Of a stretch of 64,000 nt of DNA, positions 16,561 to 26,360 are shown in pieces; positions within the stretch are counted from its first letter, which is position 1; each line of letters opens with the position of its first letter. The notes below the pieces were generated by a model. That model did not search any database. It had not been told where the DNA came from and saw only the letters and a program-made list of their open reading frames with translations. Both the position numbers and the translations under genes were made by a program. Source of the DNA: Anaerolineaceae bacterium (GTDB lineage Bacteria > Chloroflexota > Anaerolineae > Anaerolineales > Anaerolineaceae); NCBI GenBank assembly GCA_017417055.1, contig JAFPZX010000045.1:1947-65946 (forward strand), read 5' to 3'.

Positions 16561-19187
16561 TCTTCGTTTTCCGGTTCTTCCGAAGGATCATCCTCGTCTC
16601 CGGATTCATCTTCTGTTTCCTCACTGTCAGTCTCTTCCGCTTCGTCATCTGCCGCATCCGCTTCATCGTCAGGGCCGAGGTCATCTTCCGGCGACAGGGT
16701 CGGATCGGTCGGCAGCTCGGTCACGGTTTCTTCATCCGGAGCTTCCGGGATCGCGTCCGCGTCATTGGCGGTGACGCCGGCGACCACCGCGTCCCCTTCC
16801 AGCCGGACCAGGCGGACACCGCGTGCAGCTCGTCCGAGGCTCGGGATCACGGACCCGCGCAGGCGGACCACATTCCCCTTGGAGCTCATAAAGGTCACGT
16901 CATCATTGGTATGCAGCACCAATGCCGCAGCGATTTTGCCGATCTTTTCAAAGGCATTGGTGTTGGTGATCTTTTGACCGCCGGTGGTTCTGCCATGGAT
17001 CGGGACCAGCGCGACCGGGGTGCGTTTCCCGACTCCTTTGTCATGGACGATCAGCAGGTCGTCCTGGTCGCGGGCAACACCCACAAAGACCAGGGTATCA
17101 TCACCGAGCAGCTTCATGGAGTTCACGCCCCGGGCGGTACGGCCCATGGTGCGGATGCTGTTTTCCTTGAAGCGCAGGCATTTCCCATTTCGGCTGACCA
17201 TCAGGACGTTCATGTGTCCGTCGGTCTGGCAGACCCAGGTGAGACGGTCGTCATCTTCCAATGTGATGGCGATCAGACCGTTGGCGCGGATGTTCAGATA
17301 ATCCTTCAGCCGGTTGCGCTTGATCTTGCCATTAGCGGTTGCCATCACCAGGTAGGATTCCGCGTCTGTTTCCCGAATCGGCAGCATAGCGGTGACTTTT
17401 TCGTCCCCCTGAATGTTGATGATATTAATGACAGGCAGACCTTTGCCGGTGCGGCTGCTTTCCGGGATCCGGAAAACGTCTTCCGCGTAAACCTTGCCCT
17501 TGTCGGTGAAGAAGAGCATCTTATCATGCGTGTTGACAAACATGATGTTGGCTACTTTGTCTTCTTCCTTCATGGTGTGGCCGGTGACGCCCTGCGCGCC
17601 GCGGTTGTACTGGCGGTAGGTGGTGGCATCAACGCGCTTGATGTAGCCGTTTTCGGTCATGGTGACGAATACGCCGCGTTCGGAGACCAGGTCGCCATCG
17701 GAGAAGCCTTCCAGTTCATCGGCTTCGATGGATGTCCGGCGTTCATCGCCGTAGGCTTTGGTGACTTCATCAGTCTCGGTTTCGACGACCTTGAGCTGGC
17801 GTTCTTTGGACGCGAGCAAATCTTCCAGGTCGGCGATCTTTTCAATCAGTTGTTTTTGTTCTTCTTCGATCTTCCAGCGTTCCAGGGCGCTGAGGCGGCG
17901 CAGCTGCATGTCCAGAATGGCCTGTGCCTGGATATCGTCCAGTTTGAAGCGTTCCATGAGCTGGGTCTTGGCGGCATCGCTGTCCGGTGCGTTACGGATA
18001 ATGCGGATCACTTCGTCCAGGTTGGAAAGGGCGATCAGCAAGCCCTCCAGAATGTGAGCACGGGCTTTGGCTTTGCGCAGGTCATAGTCCGCCCTGCGTT
18101 CGATCACTTCCAGACGGTGCTTGATGAAAACTTCCAGAGCCGTCTTCAGGGAAAGATAAACCGGGCGGTTATCCACCAGCGCCAGCATCTGTGCCCCAAA
18201 GGTGGACTGCAGCATGGTGTGTTTGTAAAGCTGGTTCAGCACAGCCTGCGGCTGGGCATCTTTTTTCAATTCAATGACGATGCGCATCCCTTCGCGGTCG
18301 GACTCATCGCGCATGTCATGGATGGTCGTGATCTGTCCGCTGCGGACCAGTTCCGCGATGCGTTCCAGCAGCGTGGTTTTGTTGACCTGGTAGGGAATTT
18401 CGGTGACGACGATATGGAAACGGCCTTTCCCCTCTTCCACATGAGAACGGGCACGGACGACGATTCGTCCCTTCCCGGTGGTGTAGGCCTGTTTGATGCC
18501 TTCACGGCCGATGATGACGCCGCCGGTCGGGAAGTCCGGGCCTTTGACGAATTGCATCAGGTCTTCCACAGTGATATCGTCGATATGGTCGTAGTTGTCG
18601 ATCATATACGCCAGCGCCTGGTTGATCTCCCGCAGGTTGTGGGAAGGAATGTTGGTCGCCATACCGACGGCGATGCCGTTGGAACCGTTCAGCAGCAGGT
18701 TCGGCACTTTCGATGGAAGAACTGCCGGTTCCTTTTCAGAACCGTCAAAGTTCGGCATAAAGTCGATGGTTTCTTTGTCAATGTCCGCCAGCAGCTCGTC
18801 GGCGATTTTCTTCAAACGGGCTTCCGTGTAACGCATGGCTGCCGGGGGGTCGCCGTCGATGGAACCGAAGTTCCCGTGACCGTCGACCAGGGGGTAGCGC
18901 ATGGAAAAGTCCTGTGCCATGCGTGCCATGGCATCGTAAATGGAGGCATCTCCGTGCGGGTGATATTTACCGAGGACTTCACCAACGATACGCGCTGATT
19001 TTTTGTGCGGTACGGTGGACCGTACGCCCATATCCTGCATGGCATAAAGAATACGGCGGTGAACAGGTTTCAACCCGTCACGCGCATCCGGAAGCGCACG
19101 GGATACGATAACGCTCATGGCGTAGTCCAGATAGGCTTCCCGCATTTGCTGGTCAAGATCTACTCGATTTACATTGTCAGTTTCCAT
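16557..19187 (-). CDS. gyrA: DNA gyrase subunit A
   Basis: [42 protein letters not shown], beta-pinwheel repeats, GyrA-box-like QYNRGAQG and an acidic tail. Alternative start at 19205. Confidence 0.96.
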   Translation of the reverse strand: METDNVNRVDLDQQMREAYLDYAMSVIVSRALPDARDGLKPVHRRILYAMQDMGVRSTVPHKKSARIVGEVLGKYHPHGDASIYDAMARMAQDFSMRYPLVDGHGNFGSIDGDPPAAMRYTEARLKKIADELLADIDKETIDFMPNFDGSEKEPAVLPSKVPNLLLNGSNGIAVGMATNIPSHNLREINQALAYMIDNYDHIDDITVEDLMQFVKGPDFPTGGVIIGREGIKQAYTTGKGRIVVRARSHVEEGKGRFHIVVTEIPYQVNKTTLLERIAELVRSGQITTIHDMRDESDREGMRIVIELKKDAQPQAVLNQLYKHTMLQSTFGAQMLALVDNRPVYLSLKTALEVFIKHRLEVIERRADYDLRKAKARAHILEGLLIALSNLDEVIRIIRNAPDSDAAKTQLMERFKLDDIQAQAILDMQLRRLSALERWKIEEEQKQLIEKIADLEDLLASKERQLKVVETETDEVTKAYGDERRTSIEADELEGFSDGDLVSERGVFVTMTENGYIKRVDATTYRQYNRGAQGVTGHTMKEEDKVANIMFVNTHDKMLFFTDKGKVYAEDVFRIPESSRTGKGLPVINIINIQGDEKVTAMLPIRETDAESYLVMATANGKIKRNRLKDYLNIRANGLIAITLEDDDRLTWVCQTDGHMNVLMVSRNGKCLRFKENSIRTMGRTARGVNSMKLLGDDTLVFVGVARDQDDLLIVHDKGVGKRTPVALVPIHGRTTGGQKITNTNAFEKIGKIAAALVLHTNDDVTFMSSKGNVVRLRGSVIPSLGRAARGVRLVRLEGDAVVAGVTANDADAIPEAPDEETVTELPTDPTLSPEDDLGPDDEADAADDEAEETDSEETEDESGDEDDPSEEPENEE

Positions 19188-19358
19188 AAAAATCGCCTTT
19201 TCCATCGAAAATTCTTATTTCAATAATCAATAAATTATACCATGAACCGGAGAGGAAAAGGTATTATGCGTGAGGACTTGTGAATAAAATTATGAAATCC
19301 TGTGGAAAGGAATATGAAGGGTTTGGTGGTTTGGGATTGGTGGCTGGTGAGGTGTACC

Positions 19359-19498
19359 AAATGGGACGGTTACTCCGGAACTGTCCCGTAATGGATGAGC
19401 CTCGCATGGGAAGTAAGAAAGATTCCGGAATCATTGGCAAAAAATTTCTCGATGTGTCAAACCAAACACGGGACGGTTCCGGGGTAACCGTCCCGTTT
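19359..19498. repeat. REPIN-like inverted pair
   Basis: AAATGGGACGGTTACTCCGGAACTGTCCCGT (19359-19389) and ACGGGACGGTTCCGGGGTAACCGTCCCGTTT (19468-19498) are reverse complements with 3 mismatches. Confidence 0.75.
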
Positions 19499-19522
19499 GT
19501 GAAGCACGACATGAATTAACTG

Positions 19523-19560
19523 CACACTTCACTCCTTACTTCTTACTGCTTACTGCTTAC
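19523..19560 (-). repeat. Heptamer tract at the response regulator stop codon
   Basis: Minus strand TAAGCAG TAAGCAG TAAGAAG TAAGGAG TGAAGTG. Confidence 0.75.
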
Positions 19561-21146
19561 TTTTCTCCCCTTTTCGCGCGGTATTCTTTTGGGGTAATGC
19601 CGGTGGTTTTGCGGAAGACATGGGAGAAGTAGTTTGGTTCGTTATAGCCAACTTCGAGAGCAATATCGGCTAATTTCATGTTGGTGGTGGTGAGCAGTTC
19701 CTGCGCCTTTTCAATGCGCAGGGCGGTGAGGTAAGAAATAAAGGAGCGTCCGGTGGTTTGGGAAAAGACCGTGGAGAAATAAGCAGCGCTCATGGCAACG
19801 TGATTTGCTACACTGATGAGGGAAATATTCTGGTCACAGAAGTTTTCTTTGACGTATTGTTCGGCCTGACTGATGACGTGGTGATATTTGATCTCTCCCG
19901 GGTTTTCCTTTCGGGTGCTGAGGAGCTGCAGGAGCAGGTCGCGGGCGGTTTCACGAAATTTCTTTTTGCTGCCCGCGGCGGAGAGGATGTCGTATTGAGC
20001 AGAAAGCTGGGCGGCAATATCTTTTTCATCAGCGTCCGGATTGTAGCGGGCGATTTTCTGAAGTGCGAGACGCATCAGCGTGAGCAGTCCGTTATAGCGG
20101 ACGAAGGTGCTGTCGAATCGTTTTCCATCGGGAGAGGTGAGAATTTCGTCCAGCAGACAGTCCGCGTCTTCGGGAGAAGCGTGTTTGAGTTTTTGCTGGA
20201 ATTCTTCACCGAAAGGACTTTCCGGACGGAAAATATTGGCCGTGAGCTGGGCTGTATCCCTGACGTTGATCACCTGTCCCGCCGCGACGCCGCTGACCAT
20301 CCGCATCAGTCCGGTGGCAGTTTTGAATGCCTCGGGAATCTCTCCCAGCCGCCGTACGTCTGAGCTGATGACGGTGGTGATGACGGGGCAGATGTCCTGC
20401 AGCTCATGGCGGAGAATGTTCAGGAATTGGTAAACCCGCTCGGTGAGGATGTCCGGATCGTTATCGTAAGCCAGGATAGTCATCCGGTCCTGAAAATTGA
20501 AGGAGTACATCAGGGTTTGGGTTCCGGAAAGCGCCTTTTGTACGGTGTTTTCGATGATTTTGTGGTCGACGTTGGGCGTGTCGAAGGAGGAGACGGCAAC
20601 CAGGTAATGGGTGCGCATGATGTCCATTTTCAGCCGCTGCATGCGTTCGAGCAGCTTGCCGGTGTCGGCTTCTCCATAAAGGATCTGCCGCATGAAATGC
20701 TGGCGCAGGACTTTCAGGACTTCTTCCTCGTCCAAGCCGTCCGGGAGGGCTGTACCGCGGGAGGATTTGTCTTTTTCGATCTGGGAGGCCATTTCTTCGA
20801 TGACCTTGATGAGGTCCGCCTGCCGAACCGGTTTGAGCAGATACTGGTCTACGCCGAGGGAGATGGCTTTCTGCGCGGATTCAAAATCTCCAAAGCCGCT
20901 GATGATGACGACTTTCAGCCAGGGCATCATGGCTTTGCAGTTTTTGATGAGGTCAAAGCCATCCAGGAAGGGCATGCGGATGTCGGTGAGGAGAATGTCG
21001 GGCATCAGGTCCTGCATCATCGCGAGCGCCATTTCGCCGTCGGAGGCCTCTCCGCACAGGGCATAGGGACCGGGCATTTTTTCGATGACGTTGCGTATGC
21101 TCTGCCGGATGAGCAGTTCGTCTTCTACGATAAAAATCTGGTACAT
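19557..21146 (-). CDS. Two-component response regulator, YesN/AraC type
   Basis: REC domain (IVEDE, LTDIRMP, YLLKP) and C-terminal AraC HTH (YFSTVF..IALEVGYNEPNYFSHVFRK). Confidence 0.92.
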   Translation of the reverse strand: MYQIFIVEDELLIRQSIRNVIEKMPGPYALCGEASDGEMALAMMQDLMPDILLTDIRMPFLDGFDLIKNCKAMMPWLKVVIISGFGDFESAQKAISLGVDQYLLKPVRQADLIKVIEEMASQIEKDKSSRGTALPDGLDEEEVLKVLRQHFMRQILYGEADTGKLLERMQRLKMDIMRTHYLVAVSSFDTPNVDHKIIENTVQKALSGTQTLMYSFNFQDRMTILAYDNDPDILTERVYQFLNILRHELQDICPVITTVISSDVRRLGEIPEAFKTATGLMRMVSGVAAGQVINVRDTAQLTANIFRPESPFGEEFQQKLKHASPEDADCLLDEILTSPDGKRFDSTFVRYNGLLTLMRLALQKIARYNPDADEKDIAAQLSAQYDILSAAGSKKKFRETARDLLLQLLSTRKENPGEIKYHHVISQAEQYVKENFCDQNISLISVANHVAMSAAYFSTVFSQTTGRSFISYLTALRIEKAQELLTTTNMKLADIALEVGYNEPNYFSHVFRKTTGITPKEYRAKRGEK

Positions 21147-21180
21147 TGGTAATTATTTTATCATACTTTTAGGAACTGGA

Positions 21181-21246
21181 GAAGAAGAAGTAAGAAGTAA
21201 GAAGTAAGGAGTAAGCAGTGGCTGGTGGCTGGTGGCTGGTTGGCAG
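21181..21246. repeat. Heptamer tracts (GAAGTAA)n and (GGTGGCT)n
   Basis: GAAGTAA GAAGTAA GAAGTAA GGAGTAA GCAGTGG CTGGTGG CTGGTGG CTGG. Confidence 0.75.
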
Positions 21247-21338
21247 AAAATATGTATTTGATTTTTTTGTGTCGTATTTTTATATCGTATTATTTATATG
21301 AGGGCTTTGGGGTATTTTTAATATAAAATTTATATGAA

Positions 21339-21391
21339 GGAAGCACTGATTATTTGTCCTCCTGCCTTCACCGAAATTAATCAGCGTTTCC
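21339..21391. mobile_element. Internally deleted MITE-like family A copy
   Basis: GGAAGCACTGATTATTT ... AAATTAATCAGCGTTTCC inverted termini. Confidence 0.6.
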
Positions 21392-21474
21392 ATAATATAT
21401 CATTGTAAAAGGTTTGGAAGACGGAATTATATGCCAACAGGCTGCTGACCACCGGACACTGAAAGAGAGCTAAC

Positions 21475-22410
21475 ATGACGATACAGCAATTGAATTACGC
21501 GATTATTATTTCGGAAATGGGGTCGCTGAATAAGGCCTCTGAGGTGCTTTATATTGCGCAGCCTTCTCTGACCAATGCGATTCGGGAGTTGGAGAAGGAA
21601 CTGGGCATCACAATTTTTAACCGGGGAGCACGGGGTGTTACGCTGACGAACGATGGGGAGGAATTTATTCAATACGCGCGTCAGGTCGTTCAGCAGTATG
21701 ACCGGCTTCTGGAAAAGTATGGGGGATCTGTTTCTGTCAAAAAGAAATTCGGGATCTCTACACAGCATTATTCCTTTGCGGTCAAGAGCTTTGTGGAAAT
21801 GGTCAAGCAGTTTGATACCGGTGAGTATGAATTTGCTATCCGTGAGACAAAGACCCGGGAAGTGATGGATGACGTGAGCAGCGGGAAGAGTGAAGTCGGA
21901 ATTTTGTATCTCAGTGATTTTAATCGGAAGGCGATCGAAAAGATGCTGCGCTCCAACGGGTTGGAATTTCACCATCTGATCGACTGCGATGCCTTTGTAT
22001 ATTTATGGAAGGGGCATCCGCTGGCAGGGAAAGAGCGGATCCGTTTTGAAGACCTGACGGATTATCCCTGCCTCTCTTTTGAGCAGGGGTCTACGGGGTC
22101 ATTTTATCTGGCGGAGGAAATCCTGACCACCAGTGAATATCCGCGTACGATCAAGACGAATGACCGGGCGACCATGCTGAACCTGATGATCGGACTGAAT
22201 GGGTATACGCTTTGTTCCGGGATCATCTGTGAGGAGCTGAATGGGTCAGATTATCTTACGGTTCCCTTCGAAACCGATGAGAATCACACGGGCGGCCGGA
22301 TGGACATCGGTTATATTGTGAAGAAAAATATGATCCTCAGCCGAATGGCGGAACTGTATATCGGGGAAATCAGGAAGTACCTTGCGGAAGTAGGTGGCGT
22401 GAGGAATTAG
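21475..22410 (+). CDS. LysR family transcriptional regulator
   Basis: N-terminal HTH GSLNKASEVLYIAQPSLTNAIRELEKELGITIFNR..GVTLT. Confidence 0.93.
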   Translation: MTIQQLNYAIIISEMGSLNKASEVLYIAQPSLTNAIRELEKELGITIFNRGARGVTLTNDGEEFIQYARQVVQQYDRLLEKYGGSVSVKKKFGISTQHYSFAVKSFVEMVKQFDTGEYEFAIRETKTREVMDDVSSGKSEVGILYLSDFNRKAIEKMLRSNGLEFHHLIDCDAFVYLWKGHPLAGKERIRFEDLTDYPCLSFEQGSTGSFYLAEEILTTSEYPRTIKTNDRATMLNLMIGLNGYTLCSGIICEELNGSDYLTVPFETDENHTGGRMDIGYIVKKNMILSRMAELYIGEIRKYLAEVGGVRN

Positions 22411-22535
22411 GAGTGAGGAGTGTATGGCAGCTGGTGATTTGTGGCTGCTGACCACTGGACACTGGACACTGACCACTGGCTGCTGACCACCGGGCACTGT
22501 TTAACTTCACACTTCACTCTGCACACTTCACACTT
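22399..22535. repeat. Mixed heptamer tracts after LysR
   Basis: GTGAGGA ATTAGGA GTGAGGA; CTGACCA CTGGACA CTGGACA CTGACCA; ACTTCAC ACTTCAC. Confidence 0.7.
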
Positions 22536-22545
22536 TTCCCAAGTC

Positions 22546-22574
22546 TTGTATAAATTGAAAAAATATTTTATAAT
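22546..22574 (+). promoter_or_regulatory. Sigma70-type promoter of the liv operon
   Basis: TTGTAT-N17-TATAAT; GGAGGT RBS before ATG 22609. Confidence 0.6.
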
Positions 22575-22608
22575 AGATATCAATCTGAGAAGATTTGGAG
22601 GTGGAAAC

Positions 22609-23772
22609 ATGAAAAAGAGCTTGCTGATATCAGCAGTGTTAGTGGTTTTGATGCTTACTTTGGCAGGCAGTGTTTTTGCTGCTGAATTGGATACGGCGAA
22701 CCCAATCAAGATCGGTTATATCGGTGCGCTTTCCGGTGACACGGCTCTTTGGGGCCAGGCCGGTTTGAACGGTATGAATCTGACCGCTGAAATGATCAAT
22801 GAATCAGGCGGTATCCTTGGCCGTGAAGTGCGGATCATCGGGCTGGATGGCAAAGGTGCTGCGGACGATTCCGTAGCCGCTTACAAACGTCTGGCTGAAC
22901 AGGAGGGTGTCGTGGCTGTTGTCGGAACAAACTTTTCATCCTGCAACATTCCGATTGCAGCCGTTTCCGACGAACTGCATGTGCCGGTGATCGCCACAGC
23001 CGCATCCAATGAACTGGTGACAGTTGACGCAGCGGGCAATCTGCATCCTTATTCTTTCCGCCTCTGTTTTATTGATCCGTACATGGGATATCTGGCCGGT
23101 TCCTATGCGTATAAAGAACTGGGACTGCGCAGAGCTGCCATCATTGTCGATGTTAACGACCATTACAGCACCGGTGTGGGTGGGTATATGGCTGAAACTT
23201 TCACCGAACTTGGCGGCGACCTGGTTGCCCGTGAAGAAGCTCAGAGCGGTGACTACGACTTTCGGGCGCAGCTCAGCAAGATCGCCATGGCTCAGCCTGA
23301 TGTCCTGTTTGTCCCGTGGAACTACGTGGATGTCGCTTTGATTGCCCAGCAGGCTCGTGAAATGGGTATTTCCGCTGTCATGATCGGCGCTGACGGGTGG
23401 GATGCCCGGGAATTGATCGAGCTTTCCCGCGGTGCCCTGGAAGGCAGTTATTATGTTTCCCGTCCGGGGTTCAACCTTCCGGATGCGGAAGCTTATTTTG
23501 AAATTTACAATGAACGGTTCCATTCTTCCAAGGAAACCGAGTGCCTTTATGGAAATGATGGGTTGATGTGGATCAAGCAGGCTATCGAGGCCGCCGGTTC
23601 CACGGATCCGGATGCAATCCGTGACCAGCTGGAAGCCACTGACAGTTTTGACGGGCTGCTGGGTCATATGAGCGTTGATCCGGCGAATCACAATCCCAGC
23701 CGTGATGCCGCAATTTTCCGAGTGGACGCGGATGAGATCACGTACGTCGGTATTTACGATCCGGAAAAATGA
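22609..23772 (+). CDS. livK: Branched-chain amino acid ABC transporter substrate-binding protein
   Basis: Signal peptide MKKSLLISAVLVVLMLTLAGSVFA, IKIGYIGALSG, DFRAQL, GADGW. True start taken as 22609 rather than 22441. Confidence 0.88.
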   Translation: MKKSLLISAVLVVLMLTLAGSVFAAELDTANPIKIGYIGALSGDTALWGQAGLNGMNLTAEMINESGGILGREVRIIGLDGKGAADDSVAAYKRLAEQEGVVAVVGTNFSSCNIPIAAVSDELHVPVIATAASNELVTVDAAGNLHPYSFRLCFIDPYMGYLAGSYAYKELGLRRAAIIVDVNDHYSTGVGGYMAETFTELGGDLVAREEAQSGDYDFRAQLSKIAMAQPDVLFVPWNYVDVALIAQQAREMGISAVMIGADGWDARELIELSRGALEGSYYVSRPGFNLPDAEAYFEIYNERFHSSKETECLYGNDGLMWIKQAIEAAGSTDPDAIRDQLEATDSFDGLLGHMSVDPANHNPSRDAAIFRVDADEITYVGIYDPEK

Positions 23773-23800
23773 AGAATGACGTATGACGAATGACGTGTGA
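23770..23800 (+). repeat. Heptamer tract at the SBP stop codon
   Basis: TGAAGAA TGACGTA TGACGAA TGACGTG TGA. Confidence 0.75.
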
Positions 23801-23824
23801 AGGTTTAGGATAGGAAAGGGCTAC

Positions 23825-24703
23825 ATGAAAATACTGATACAGCAAATGATCACAGGTATCTCGATCGGCAGCGTTTACGCGCTTCTCGCTTCGGGATATG
23901 CCCTGGTCTACAGTCTTCTGGATTTTTCCAACTGGGCGCATGGAGAGGTTTGTATGCTCGGTGCGTATTGTTGTTTTATGGCAACATTGATCCCAAATAT
24001 GCCTTTTGCCCTTTCCTGTCTGATCGGTATCGGCGGTGCAGCGCTGATCAGTTTGCTCAATGAAAAGCTCGCCTATCTCCGTATTCGGAATAAGCGGTCT
24101 TCGAATATGTTCCTGATGATTGCCGCTATGGGACTTTCAACGACCTACCAGAACCTCGCGAACGCGCTTTGGGGGTCGAAATTCAAACAGCTGCCGCGTT
24201 TTTTCAAAACCGCTTCGCTGAATCTAAACGGCATTTTTGTTGGAACGACCGACCTTTTGTGTATTGTGGTTTCGCTGATCGTTCTGATTCTCCTGCTTCT
24301 GGTTATCAATCATACCCGGTTTGGGCTGCATGTCCGTGCGGTAGCCTGTGCTGACAGTACAGCGCGTATTATGGGAATCCGGATCGACCGGGTGATCGCG
24401 ATGGTGTTTATCATTGCCGGAGCTTTAGCCGGCCTTGCCGGGGTCACATATGGGATGAAATATAATGTTACCCCGACCATGGGAAATGTGGGACTGAAAG
24501 CTTTTATCGCCTCGGTAATCGGAGGACTCGGGTCTGTTCCCGGTGCGATTGTAGGTGCGGTCCTTTTGGGTCTGATCGAAACGGTCGTTTCCGGTTACAT
24601 CAGTTCCGGACTGCGGGACCTGATTTCCTTCTCCCTGTTGATTCTGGTTATCCTGATTCGTCCCTCCGGTTTGTTTGGTGTGGATGTTCCGGAAAAGGCA
24701 TAG
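23825..24703 (+). CDS. livH: Branched-chain amino acid ABC permease
   Basis: GSVYALLASGYALVY..NWAHGE, TRFGLHVRA, KAFIASVIGGLGS, RPSGLFG. Confidence 0.9.
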   Translation: MKILIQQMITGISIGSVYALLASGYALVYSLLDFSNWAHGEVCMLGAYCCFMATLIPNMPFALSCLIGIGGAALISLLNEKLAYLRIRNKRSSNMFLMIAAMGLSTTYQNLANALWGSKFKQLPRFFKTASLNLNGIFVGTTDLLCIVVSLIVLILLLLVINHTRFGLHVRAVACADSTARIMGIRIDRVIAMVFIIAGALAGLAGVTYGMKYNVTPTMGNVGLKAFIASVIGGLGSVPGAIVGAVLLGLIETVVSGYISSGLRDLISFSLLILVILIRPSGLFGVDVPEKA

Positions 24704-24712
24704 GAGGGGCGT

Positions 24713-25579
24713 ATGGTCAATACATTTTATGAAGGTATCATCGTAAGCTGCTGTGTCAATATGATCGCGGTGTTAGGTATGTCGGTGATGACCGGGTTTA
24801 CCCGATTGTTTTCCTTCGGGAATGCTGGATTTATGGCAATCGGCGCTTATGCTTCCGCGATTTGCAGCGTGCGCTTCCATCTGCCTTTTGTATTGTCCGT
24901 TTTGATCGGTGCAGCAGCCGCAGGAATTGCCGCGTATCTTTTGGGCAGCCTGACGATCCGGCTGCGAGGTGACTATTTTCTGATCAGCTGTCTTGGTTTT
25001 GGCGAATGTGTGCGGGTTCTGCTGCTTTACGCACGGGATATCACCGGCGGCGCTACCGGATATACGGGGATTCCATTCAAAACGACATGGCTTGTGGCTT
25101 TGATTTGTGCGGCCGCGGCATTTATTATCGCGTGGAATCTGATCCATTCCCGTTTCGGACAGTCATTTTCCGCGATTCGTGAAAATGAAATAGCTGCGGC
25201 GGCGAATGGAATCGATGTGGTTCATTATAAAAAGATGTCGTTTGTTTTCAGTGCGATCTTTGCCGGATGGGCGGGCGGACTTTACGCACATTACCTGCGT
25301 CATATTACACCGGCGCTGTTCAATCTGCCGAAGAGCTGCGAGCTGGTGTTCACCACGGTCTTGGGTGGGCTGGGATCGCTGACCGGAAGTGTTCTGGCTA
25401 CGCTGATTGTGCAGCTTCTGCCCGAATTTTTCGGCAAATTTGCCGAATATCGTATGCTCCTTTACGGCATCGCTGTTGTGATCGTGATCCTGGTGCGTCC
25501 GGAGGGGTTGATGGGCTATAAAGAATTGCCGGACCTTTTCAAAAAACCGGAAAAAAAGAAATCAACGGGAGGTGCGTAA
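24713..25579 (+). CDS. livM: Branched-chain amino acid ABC permease
   Basis: FSFGNAGFMAIGAY, RLRGDYF, AIRENEIAA, LGGLGSLTGS, RPEGLMG. Confidence 0.9.
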   Translation: MVNTFYEGIIVSCCVNMIAVLGMSVMTGFTRLFSFGNAGFMAIGAYASAICSVRFHLPFVLSVLIGAAAAGIAAYLLGSLTIRLRGDYFLISCLGFGECVRVLLLYARDITGGATGYTGIPFKTTWLVALICAAAAFIIAWNLIHSRFGQSFSAIRENEIAAAANGIDVVHYKKMSFVFSAIFAGWAGGLYAHYLRHITPALFNLPKSCELVFTTVLGGLGSLTGSVLATLIVQLLPEFFGKFAEYRMLLYGIAVVIVILVRPEGLMGYKELPDLFKKPEKKKSTGGA

Positions 25580-25580
25580 G

Positions 25581-26360
25581 ATGTGTCATTCTGCCGCTCC
25601 TCTGTTGGATATGATAGACGTGGAGAAACGCTTCGGCGGCGTGCGCGCGATTGACCGTTTTGATTTGCAGGTCATGCCACGGGATATTTACGGGCTCATC
25701 GGCGCGAACGGTGCGGGGAAAACAACGGTTTTCAACATGATCACCGGCGTTTATCGTCCGGATGAAGGTCAGATTTTATTTGAAGGAAAAGATATCACGA
25801 AGATCCGTCCTCATCAGGCTGCCTCAGTCGGAATCGCGCGCACATTCCAGAATATCCGTCTTTTCGGGAACCTTTCCGTGAAAATGAATGTGATCATTGC
25901 CTGTAATTTACATCACAATTATACAGTTCTGGATGCGCTGCTGCGGCTGCCGCGTTACCGCAGGGTCACGAAAGAAGTTGAAGAACGCGCGATGGCACTG
26001 CTGGACGCAGTGGGTCTAACAGAGAAGGCTGACGACATTGCCAATTCGCTTCCTTATGTGCAGCAGCGAAAGCTGGATCTTGCCCGTGCGATGGCGACAG
26101 ACCCAAAACTGCTGCTGCTGGATGAGCCGGCTGCCGGTATGAATCAGGAAGAAATGCCGGAATTTGTTGAATTAATTGAAAAACTGCATCAGGAAAATCC
26201 GATTACGATCCTGCTGATCGAACATCACATGGATGTCATTACCCGCCTGTGCAACCAATGCTCGGTACTGGATTTCGGCCGGACATTGGCCAAAGGGACT
26301 GTTGCGGAGGTCAAACAAAATGAGTCTGTGATCGCGGCCTATCTGGGAGGTGAGTTGTGA
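25581..26360 (+). CDS. livG: Branched-chain amino acid ABC ATP-binding protein
   Basis: GANGAGKTT, GIARTFQNIRLF, LLLDEPAAG, IEHHM, AYLG. Confidence 0.92.
   Translation: MCHSAAPLLDMIDVEKRFGGVRAIDRFDLQVMPRDIYGLIGANGAGKTTVFNMITGVYRPDEGQILFEGKDITKIRPHQAASVGIARTFQNIRLFGNLSVKMNVIIACNLHHNYTVLDALLRLPRYRRVTKEVEERAMALLDAVGLTEKADDIANSLPYVQQRKLDLARAMATDPKLLLLDEPAAGMNQEEMPEFVELIEKLHQENPITILLIEHHMDVITRLCNQCSVLDFGRTLAKGTVAEVKQNESVIAAYLGGEL

Noticed and set aside
16911-18998. 695-aa ORF antisense to gyrA
   Set aside because: Shadow ORF caused by GC3-biased codons on the opposite strand; no motifs and no RBS
22441-22608. N-terminal extension of the SBP ORF (DHWTLDTDHW...)
   Set aside because: It is translation of heptamer repeats; the promoter, RBS and signal peptide support a start at 22609
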